A stretch of DNA of 64,000 bases. Origin: Octopus sinensis (Eukaryota). Positions 23,527 through 33,830 of the stretch are shown one piece after another (the stretch's first letter is position 1; every line of letters starts with the position of its first letter). The position numbers and the translations under genes were made by a program. The notes beneath the pieces are model-generated. The model was not told the origin of the DNA. It saw nothing but the letters and a program-made list of their open reading frames with translations, and did not search any database. The stretch covers positions 22,320,001-22,384,000 of the forward strand of contig NC_043013.1 of assembly GCF_006345805.1 (NCBI RefSeq), written 5' to 3'.

Positions 23527-26256
23527 TAATTAATCAATATAGGGTGCCAAAAAAATTTTGTAGAATTTTTTTGCCACCAGCGGCCTAGTGGGAAAAAATT
23601 AAATAGTCATAGACCATTTTTAAGTTCAACATCACAATCAAGGAACGGCCATAATAGGCCATTCACCCACTAGAAATAACAGCCAAAAGCTTCAACCGCA
23701 AAATAACATCAATTCCGTAAACCAGGAGAAAATTAAAAACATTTACCCTGTAATTTCTTATACGATGCACCGTTTCATCTACTGGTTAATGGTAAACTAA
23801 CCTGATTAAATTAAATCAAGCCAATCTACCATAGGCCCTTAGAATCATCAGTAAGAAATAGCCAGTCGGAACAGATATTTTTCACGAGGCATTTCCGTCC
23901 CTGCCTCGGCAATATCTGACCTAAAATTTTCAAATCATCGCACTCGCGCCAAATTTATCGGCAGCAAATAAATATAAGCCGCCGATTTCATTACGGAATT
24001 AACCAGAAAATGATGATTCTAAGGGCCTATGGTAGATTGGCTTGATTTAATTTCTAAGGGCCTATGGTAGATTGGCTTGATTTAATTTAATCAGGTTAGT
24101 TTACCATTAATTTAATCAGGTTAGTTTACCATTAAACAGTAGATGAAACGGTGCATCGTATAAAGAATTACAGGGTAAATGGTCTTTTAATTTTCTCCTG
24201 GTTTACGGAATTGATGTTATTTTGCGGTTGAAGCTTTTGGCTGTTATTTCTAGGGTGTGAAGTGAATGCCTATTATGGCCGTTCCTTGATTGTGATGTTG
24301 AACTTAAAAATGGTCTATGACTATTTAATTTTTTCCCACTAGGCCGCTGTGTGGCAAAAAAATTCTACAAAGTTTTTTTGCCACCCTATATTGATTAATT
24401 ATGAATTTTCTGGTTAATTCCGTAATGGAATCGGCGGCTTATATTTATTTGCTGCCGATAAATTTGGCGCGAGTGCGATGATTTGAAAATTTTAGGTAAG
24501 ATATTGCCGAGGCAGGGACGGAAATGCCTCGTGAAAAATATCTGTTCCGACTTGGCTATTTCTTACTGATGATTCTAAGGGCCTATGGTAGATTGGCTTG
24601 ATTTAATTTAATCAGGTTACTTTACCATTAAACAGTAGATGAAACGGTGCATCGTATAAGAAATTACAGGGTAAATGTCTTTTAATTTTCTCCTGGTTTA
24701 CGGAATTGATGTTATTTTGCGGTTGAAGCTTTTGGCTGTTATTTCTAGTGGGTGAATGGCCTATTATGGCCGTTCCTTGATTGTGATGTTGAACTTAAAA
24801 ATGGTCTATGACTATTTAATTTTTTCCCACTAGGCCGCTGGTGGCAAAAAAATTCTACAAAGTTTTTTTGCCACCCTATATTGATTAATTATGAATTTTC
24901 TGGTTAATTCCGTAATGGAATCGGCGGCTTATATTTATTTGCTGCCGATAAATTTGGCGCGAGTGCGATGATTGAAAATTTTAGGTCAGATATTGCCGAG
25001 GCAGGGACGGAAATGCCTCGTGAAAAATATCTGTCCGACTTGGCTATTTCTTACTGATGATTCTAAGGGCCTATGGTAGATTGGCTTGATTTAATTTAAT
25101 CAGGTTAGTTTACCATTAAACAGTAGATGAAACGGTGCATCGTATAAGAAATTACAGGGTAAAGTCTTTAATTTTCTTTTTATTTTCTCCTGGTTTACGG
25201 AATTGATGTTATTTTGCGGTTGAAGCTTTTGGCTGTATTTCTAGTGGGTGAATGGCCTATTATGGCCGTTCCTTGATTGTGATGTTGAACTTAAAAATGG
25301 TCTATGACTATTTAATTTTTTCCCACTAGGCCGCTGGTGGCAAAAAAATTCTACAAATTTTTTTGGCACCCTATATTGATTAATTATGAATTTTCTGGTT
25401 AATTCCGTAATGGAATCGGCGGCTTATATTTATTTGCTGCCGATAAATTTGGCGCGAGTGCGATGATTTGAAAATTTTAGGTCAGATATTGCCGAGGCAG
25501 GGACGGAAATGCCTCGTGAAAAATATCTGTTCCGACTTGGCTATTTCTTACTGATGATTTAAGGCCTATGGTAGATTGGCTTGATTTAATTTAATCAGGT
25601 TAGTTTACCATTAAACAGTAGATGAAACGGTGCATCGTATAAGAAATTACAGGGTAAATGTTTTTTAATTTTCTCCTGGTTTACGGAATTGATGTTATTT
25701 TGCGGTTGAAGCTTTTGGCTGTTATTTCTAGTGGGTGAATGGCCTATTATGGCCGTTCCTTGATTGTGATGTTGAACTTAAAAATGGTCTATGACTATTT
25801 AATTTTTTCCCACTAGGCCGCTGGTGGCAAAAAAATTCTACAAAATTTTTTTGGCACCCTATATTGATTAATTATGAATTTTCTGGTTAATTCCGTAATG
25901 GAATCGGCGGCTTATATTTATTGCTGCCGATAAATTTGGCGCGAGTGGATGATTTGAAAATTTTAGGTAAGATATTGCCGAGGCAGGGACGGAAATGCCT
26001 CGTGAAAAATATCTGTTCCGACTTGGCTATTTCTTACTGATGATTCTAAGGGCCTATGGTAGATTGGCTTGATTTAATTTAATCAGGTTAGTTTACCATT
26101 AAACAGTAGATGAAACGGTGCATCGTATAAGAAATTACAGGGTAAAGTTTTTTAATTTTCTCCTGGTTTACGGAATTGATGTTATTTTGCGGTGAAGCTT
26201 TTGGCTGTTATTCTAGTGGGTGAATGGCCTATTATGGCCGTTCCTTGATTGTGATG
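23527..26256 (+). repeat. ~490-bp tandem array (putative non-LTR retrozyme): inverted monomer 23527-24011, partial unit 24012-24390, three full units from 24391, final partial unit ending 26256; flanked by (TA)n
   Basis: Directly visible near-identical head-to-tail units. Predicted cleavage sites recur at 24160, 24656, 25144, 25639 and 26127 (spacing 488-496). Confidence 0.92.
24558..24664 (+). ncRNA. Type I hammerhead ribozyme motif in the 490-bp monomer (also ~25046-25152, ~25543-25647, ~26029-26135; minus strand 23753-23859)
   Basis: Stem I atttctta/taagaaat (8 bp). Core CTGATGA 24566-24572. Stem II tcta/taga plus a distal ~19-bp G.U-rich hairpin. GAAA 24641-24644. Stem III ACGG-tgca-TCGT. 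GUA cleavage after 24656. Caveat: the 10.1-11.1 pair is U.U. Confidence 0.8.
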
Positions 26257-26308
<52 letters not shown>

Positions 26309-27151
26309 ATATATAATATATATATAATATATATTGTATATAGGTATTATATATAGGTATATATATTGGGTGTATTATATATGTGTGTGTACATATAAAT
26401 GTATATATATGTATATCTACATACATACATATATGTGTGTGTGTGTGCATGCATGCATGTATGTATGTATGTATGTATGTATGTATGTATAGATAAATAG
26501 ATACACAGTATTCATATACATACAAAAATACACTCACAAACACATTTTTGAGGAAAACATTTTAAGCTTTCATATAACTAAGCTCTGTATTTTGTCTTAT
26601 GACATCCATTTACCCATCTCGTATATGTGTGTGTGCGTGCGTAGAAGAGTGCGCATCTGTGTATGCGTGAGTGTGCGCGCGCGCGCGTGTGTGTGTGTGT
26701 GTGTGTGTACGCGGTAAAATCCAGTATTCTAAACCAGACTTCACTGTTTTGCCATGGCATATCAGACAAAACTTATTCCAACGACAGCTTCTCCATTCTC
26801 CGGCTTTCAGTAACAAACTTCTATTTCTTTCTTTATTTATTTATTTATATTTTTCTAATTTACTTCTCAGTTTTACGAAACGAATATTACTTTGTGCAAT
26901 TTATGTCTCACTAAAACAAAATATATTTACTAAACCTACTGAGTTCTTTGTACTTGATTCGTGATACTACTTGCAAATATAATATTAATTCGTCTGTGTG
27001 TGTGTGTGGTTAAAGACACGAAATTATTATGATTCTTTAACGACAACTGACGAGGAATGAACCTGTCCACGTCTTGTAAGCGATCTTTTCCGTTTGTTCC
27101 TTTATTGCCCTTCAGTGTAATTTTTTAATATACAGGCATAAATACATACAG

Positions 27152-27207
<56 letters not shown>

Positions 27208-27301
27208 TTTGTTGATGTAAAATTCCAACAAAGAAGCCTTGGATCTAGGTTAGAAACCGGTTTTTTCTCTATGGCAAGAAATCTTCAAATAAGCTGAATA
27301 A

Positions 27302-27352
<51 letters not shown>

Positions 27353-27376
27353 ATATTTCTCTCTTCTCTTTGGCAG

Positions 27377-28528
27377 GAGTCTGAAGAGGTCAAAGACAGC
27401 AAGCAAAAAAATCACCAAGAAGGAAGTCGTCCTGGCTCAGCCTCTTCCGCCCGCAGCCAATCAGTCAGTAATACAACTGATAATAATGATAATAATAATG
27501 ATAATAATGGTAATAATAATTCCAAAGATAGTGATAAGGCTACAGCAGCCTCCGATGAAAGATCTCAAGAAAAACATTCAACAAATTCTTCAGATAACCT
27601 GCAAGTAAACGAACAAGAACAACAACAGCAACAAGGATCACGTAGTCCGGAAAGCAGTCCCACATCGACAGGAAAAGCAGACGAGGAGGTTGTTGCTGAT
27701 GATGATGATGCCGGAAATTCACAGACAGACACGAAATCTAAAACATCCGTACAAAATTCAACCAACCGACAAAACAATGGTGCCGAGGATTCTATAGATG
27801 CATCGATTAATGTAAAAGACGGCGATTCTTCCACAGACTCCGATGAGTTGCGATTAACAGCCGGTTCTTCCTCTGCCGAAGTAAATGCAAATAGCGAAAA
27901 CGATGATAGTTCGCTTCAAGACTCAGGGAAGACGGAAACTTCCAGAACAAATTCTGCAGAGAAAGATGCGTCAGCACACATCGAATTAGGATCTGATAAT
28001 TCAGAAACACCAACTAATCAAAATGTAGATGCTTCTATCCACGCATCAACTGAGAATAACCCTGAAGTACCTTCAGGATCTAGCGATGGGGGTCTTGCAG
28101 AATCTCCATCATCAACGCAGCCGAAATCTGAAGAATCTACAGAAGGAAAAACTCCAGCAGAATCAAATGATCCAAAACTGGAAAATTCATCAGAAGACAA
28201 GATTGATCAGCCATCAGAAAACTCTGCTGCAGTAAAAAACGGAGAATTACCAAGATCCAACACTTTTGTGAAAGGCAGTGGAGGGGATTCGCCATCGGAA
28301 AATGATCCTGTCGCAAAATTTGTTAAGAAAGACCTTGATAAAATGGATTCTATTGAAATCGATGCCTGTATGAAGACGCTCGAAGAAATGGTCGATCAAA
28401 GTCTCCAGTCACTCGTGTCTGGAGACAAAGAAGAGCCTAAAGTTTTGCCAATCAATGAAGAATTGAAGAAGAAAGTATTGAGTGAAGACTTCCAGAAGAA
28501 AATTGATAGTTTTTTAGCCGATCTTTGA
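27377..28528 (+). CDS. Terminal coding exon, phase 0, 383 aa plus stop, acidic low-complexity with a helical-looking C-terminus (..EELKKKVLSEDFQKKIDSFLADL*)
   Basis: Acceptor ctcttctctttggcag, 1152-nt open frame in unique sequence, AATAAA motifs downstream (e.g. ~28560, ~28624, ~28676). Confidence 0.8.
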   Translation, partial: ESEEVKDSKQKNHQEGSRPGSASSARSQSVSNTTDNNDNNNDNNGNNNSKDSDKATAASDERSQEKHSTNSSDNLQVNEQEQQQQQGSRSPESSPTSTGKADEEVVADDDDAGNSQTDTKSKTSVQNSTNRQNNGAEDSIDASINVKDGDSSTDSDELRLTAGSSSAEVNANSENDDSSLQDSGKTETSRTNSAEKDASAHIELGSDNSETPTNQNVDASIHASTENNPEVPSGSSDGGLAESPSSTQPKSEESTEGKTPAESNDPKLENSSEDKIDQPSENSAAVKNGELPRSNTFVKGSGGDSPSENDPVAKFVKKDLDKMDSIEIDACMKTLEEMVDQSLQSLVSGDKEEPKVLPINEELKKKVLSEDFQKKIDSFLADL

Positions 28529-28779
28529 ATCCAATATTAGATTAAAGATTCTCTTAAACAATAAAACGGAGCAAAACAACGACAACAACATAAAAAAAGA
28601 CATGAACATTCTATATTAAAGCAATAAAAATATTACCAAAAAAAAGCAAAAGCAAGGAAAATATTAAAGTTAAGAATAAAATTTTTTATTTATTATTTCT
28701 TAGTTATTTATTTTTGCATGTACAGTAACAATTTTTTGCAGAAAGACGTCAAAATCAATTGAAACAAATTCACTATTTT

Positions 28780-29880
28780 CAGTGACGCCGGCGGAAAGTG
28801 GGTTGAATAAGAAGCACACACTCTAAAGAATAGAGCAGCAGAGCTTTAAATCACTAAAGCTAAATTCTGGTCATAGAGTGACCAATGGTTTCGCAACCAC
28901 CAAAGCCGCAACTTTGTGGACAGCTCATAAAGCTTTATACAAAGACAATTTGATTCTTCACTTTGCGGAGGTGGAGAAACACTATGGACAACTGGTCAAA
29001 CGGCTATCGGAGAAGAAAAGAAATGTTAGTGAGGACAGGTTGTCTGCCCTGGACCAAGGTTTAATCGGAGATGGGGACCTATTTCCTAAGGTCTCTTACG
29101 AGCCTAATCAGCGAGCGGCGAATCCGAATTTTGCAGGAGGTAGCACTTGAAATGGACATACAGTGTACATATTTCCTTACGAGTGTTCAGCGAGCCAGGC
29201 GTAGCATAGCTTTTAAGAATTTTGGCTCGTTCAGTGATGCAGATTTTGCAAAGCCCACTCCCATTAGTATAGGGGCCAGGTTGTTCTAAGATCTTCCACC
29301 TGATATCATATGGGGTCCCTTGATCTTTGAGGTGCCAGACATGGCTGGCCATGAACGTAACGTAACGTCTTTCTGAGAGCCTGAAGGATGACTGGTGATT
29401 GCAGGGTGCTGGCCGATCCGATGTATTTACAGGGTGTATCTCTGGTTGGCTCCGGGCCTGGGGATGTTTTTCGTGCCACCGGTGTTGCTGGCGCTCTATC
29501 ATTATGGCGCATTGGCCTGGCGGTGCTGGTATGTCTGTTGTCGCTGTAGTGGCCGTGCCTGGCATGTTGGAGATGTAGGGGGCGGCAGCGCCGAAGATAT
29601 CTCGGCCAGTGGATAGATTCAAGATCCTATTGCTGATAACCTTCACTAGGTTCATGAACACAATAGTGGGGTGGAAGGGGGCCATGTCGATGTAGGACAG
29701 CCTCTCGTTTGGCTTGTGATAGGGCCTGTGTGGACCTGAGCCCAGGTCTTACGTAACATCTAGAAAGCCTACGGTGGTGAGATTAGTCTCAATGGTGATC
29801 TTGAGTCCCATGGAGCCTAGGGTACTAATCAGGTCCTTTCTAAGTCTATCTTCCCTCCCCTCCTACTAACACACAAACCT
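28780..29880 (-). mobile_element. Penelope-like retroelement fragment (RT C-terminus plus GIY-YIG endonuclease, frameshifted, 3' pLTR-like tail)
   Basis: FHPTIVFMNLVKVISNRILNLS, KYIGSAST, NHQSSFR, HVWHLKD.GTPYDIRWKIL, CKICITER, LNTRKEI. Decayed HHR at 28868-28935. Confidence 0.85.
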
Positions 29881-32800
29881 CTCATTTTATTCCTGTTTGT
29901 GCTGTCAAAGCCATAAACCCACTCTGCAGCTAACTTACACCTTACAACGGGAAAATACGCTGAGCCTTATGCAAGGGGAATAACTCTCGATGAATTTCCT
30001 CTCCGAACTTGTCCCTCCGCCGAGGTCGACTTTGCCTTTCATCCTTTCGGGGTCGATAAATTAAGTACCAGTTACGCACTGGGGTCGATATAATCGACTT
30101 AATACCTATGTCTGTCCATGTTTGTCTCCTCTATGTTTAGCCCCTTGTGGGTAATAAAGAAATAGGTATTTTTCCTTCTGGTTTTTCACAATTTCCATAA
30201 ACTGGATGTAGCTCTTTCTGATCCCCAGTAGCAGAGAACCTTCTCCATACTCTTCCTACCCACCATTCTGTAGAGAGTCTAGGAAACCGATTGGCAAAAT
30301 CGCCTAAAATGGATCTATAATACTCTAGTGTATAAATATTGATATACACCCCACCCAACCCTTTTGTCTCGAGTAACGAACACGCAAGCCGACAAGTTAA
30401 GAATATCAGCGAGAGATTGTCGGTTGCTGTCTAGTTTTAGCTCAGTGCACGTTGCTGCTCGAATTTGCCATGCTTTCATTTGAATCTCCTATGAAAAGAA
30501 TAGTTTCAGTTTACGAACATTTCAAGTAACGAACGTCCTTCAAGAACGAATTAAATTCGTCAACTGCGATTCCATTATATTTTATGGCATTAAATGGAAG
30601 TTGGTGTCAGTGTGATGTGAAATCAGGACAGCGCTCCGCCATCATCCCATACGATTGCAACTGGTTGAATTCTGCTAAAAGTACCCATGAATAAAAGACG
30701 ATGTTAAACCGAGCGGCGTCGGGTGCCTGCTCCCCAAAACTGAAGAGCAGTTTCTTGTTGTCTATAAAGGGCATCTCCTGTGTAGGTTTAAGTAATGGTA
30801 ATACTGAAATCCACAAGTTGATTCTTCAAGATGGCAAATATATATTTTGATGGAACGTAATGTTAACCTATTTGGGTTTCAAATTCACTGAGATATAATT
30901 CGTCTGGAGACAAGTAGAGAGATACATATCGCTTGGCCGATAAGATTTGATGTTTCTCTGCAATACCTATGTTGCACTGTCGTATTCTGTTTCTGCAATG
31001 TGTAGCTCTTCCGACACTGTTTCACTTCATTGCGACACTAGAGACTCTTTTGAGTTTTTTAATCGTATTAGTCAAAGAGATTGAGTTTGAAAATCTAAAC
31101 CAATGGGCATGCCTTGTTTACTGGGTTTTAAAACCGTGTCAATATCGTCTATTATCAAAAGTAATCTGTAGAGTAAACCCCTTTAGGAACAACAGAGATA
31201 TTCCCTCAGTAAATAGCCAATTTACTTAAGGACTTACACTCACGTCACCACATGATCTGATCAAGTCCTTGAAAACAACATACGGGGTACTCACTTATAC
31301 TGTAGCCTTAACCATATCATTCGTGCTGTCAGCTGAAGGACTGCATCGATCAAGAAACTTTAATAGCAACGAAGTGAGTTACCATTTTTCTTACACAAAC
31401 ACACACATACACACGTGTGTGTATGTATATATATGTATATATATATATTTGAGGATCATCTTCACCACATCAACTCACAGTCCACTGGCGGACAAGCAGG
31501 GAAACATTCGCAGGAAGGACTAGTTCGAAGAGATGTGTTCTGTCCTCACCTTCGAAACACGCTGGAGTTGAACTAGGGACGATGAAGGAGATTTTTCCTT
31601 GTGTAGTTGTCTTGTACTCTGTTTTTTAGTTGTTAAAGGAATGGTCCGTTCCATGCTGTTTTTACGTTTTCGTTTCTCGTTGAGTTCTACGTCTATTTGT
31701 GGTGTCCTGTACACACGTATATATATTTATATATGCATGTAGATGTAGGTACGTACATATATGTTTGTATGTATGCATATATTTTATTTATTACACTATT
31801 GTATGACTGAGCGCCTTCGCGTCAATTCGATTCGATTTGTTTCTTCTTCTTCTCTAAGCTGGTTTATATATCATCATCATCGTTTAACGTCTGTTCTCCA
31901 TGCTAGCATGGGTTGGACGGTTCGACCGGGGATCTGGGAAGCCAGAAGGCTGCACTAGGCTCCAGTCTTATCTGGCAATGTTTCTACAGCTGGATGCCCT
32001 TCCTAAAGCCAACCACTATGTGAGTGTAGTGGGTGCTTTTTACGTGCCACCTGCACAGGTGCCAGGCGAGGCTGGCAACGGCCACGGTCGGATTGATGTA
32101 TTTTACGTGCCACCGGCACGGAAGCCAGTCGAGGCGGCGCTGGCATCGGCCATGAGTCGGATAGTGCTTTTTACGTACCAGACCAGGGGTCCTGGCTGGT
32201 TCAATTCGATTTCGCTTGCCCCAACATGTCTTCATAAATATGTATATACAAACATATATATACACATGTATGTATATATATATATATATATACATACATA
32301 CACACTCTACACAGCTTTCTCTTAGATGCCAACTAATGATTGAGTACTTTTGATTTGTCATGTGGAACCATTCCATAAATTCCCTTACATTGTTGCAATA
32401 TGCCTGTTAAGTGCAACTGCCCTCCACCTTCCAGTCATTACAATGTTTCAAGTCTAGATATTAGCGTTCTTTTGCTTATGTTCCTGCGCCACCCATACGA
32501 TGCACCCACATGTTGTTCCTGATCCCAACTGATGATGCTGGATTGCAGATTCGTTGCACCAACAAGAACATTCTGGAATTGATTACAGCTTTGAAACTAT
32601 TCTGCTTCTAATGACTTGCATGTTATCCAAGTATCCCCCAGTCCCATCTCTTAAGACTGAACAGGAATGAAAGTACCATTTTGCATCAGTCTGAGGAGAA
32701 ATCCATTCTCCACAAATTATTCCGTCTTTCTTCCTATTGTGGCTATCCTCCATAAATGCTCCAGTCCGGCCCATGGTCTGCATTGCTCTATTGACTCCAC

Positions 32801-32959
32801 TGACTTCCTTGTTTCTCACGTACTTCTTTTCAATTCAGAAGTTGGGTTGCACAAAGAATGGAGGCCACAAACTCTTGTAATGATACAAAGCAGTTTCCCT
32901 TAAACCTGACCATTGATCTTAACAGAGCACTTGGTATCACTGAAGAGTAATGGTCAAAT

Positions 32960-33268
32960 ATAACCTCTCGAAAGAGCTGTTCTTCACTCCTGCTCCAGAG
33001 CGCCGGCTGCGGGGTCATTCCGAAAAGCTCTACCTGCGACGATTTCATCTCAATTGAAGGAGAGGAGCTTTCTCCGTCCGGGTTGCGGATCCGTGGAACA
33101 AGCTGCCCGACGAGATGGTGAAGATGCCGACAACCGCTTTGTTCAAAGCCTCCCTTGACTTCAAGTGGCCTGAACTCTTTACATGAACACCACCCTGTAC
33201 TTAACTCCATGTCCCCCTACATGGCCTTGCTATTTGCTTTTGAGCCAAATTAACTAACTAACTAACAT
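32960..33268 (+). mobile_element. CR1/L2-type LINE 3' end with (TAAC)n tail
   Basis: RRLRGHSEKLYLRRF..FSVRVADPWNKLPDEMV..LFKASLD followed by taactaactaactaac. Confidence 0.8.
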
Positions 33269-33448
33269 AACCAAAGATTTGCTCTTCTTTAATCTATAAA
33301 TTAATACAGTTCTTGGTTTTGGTATCAAGCTGGTAATCATTCATTGCTCAATAAACTGATCCAGGAGAGGTTTTCATTAGAGTTGTTATCCATAATGCTC
33401 ACAGTAGAAGCAGTATGTAATGTCTTCCGATCTTCTTTTTTCTTTTTT

Positions 33449-33830
33449 TCACTCCGTCGGTTACGGCGATGAGGGTTCCGGTTGATTCGAATCTACGGAA
33501 CAGCCTGCTCATGAAATTAACGTGTAAGTGGCTGAGCACTCCACAGACACGTGCACCCTTAACGTAGTTCTCGGAGATATTCAGCGTGACACAGAGAGTG
33601 ACAAGGCCGGCCCCTTGAAATACAGGTACAACAGAAACAGGAAGTAAGAGTGAGAGAAAGTTGTGGTGAAAGAGTACAGCAGAGATCACCACCACCCCCT
33701 GCCAGAGCCTCGTGGAGCTTTTTTTAGGTGTTTTCGCTCAATAAACACTTACAACGCCCGGTCTGGGAATCGAAACCGCGATCCTGTGACCGCGAGTCTG
33801 CTGCCCTAACCACTGGGCCATTGCACCTCC
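33449..33830 (-). mobile_element. tRNA-derived SINE family B, ~380 bp; second copy 7592-7953+ lacks the B box
   Basis: A box tggcccagtggttag and B box ggtttcgattccc on the minus strand; high identity between copies. Confidence 0.85.

Noticed and set aside
23527-26256. Array read as a CRISPR array, 5S/rDNA repeat or Helitron tandem
   Set aside because: No repeat-spacer structure, no recognisable rRNA sequence, and no CTRR terminus after the hairpin. The HHR fold explains it better.
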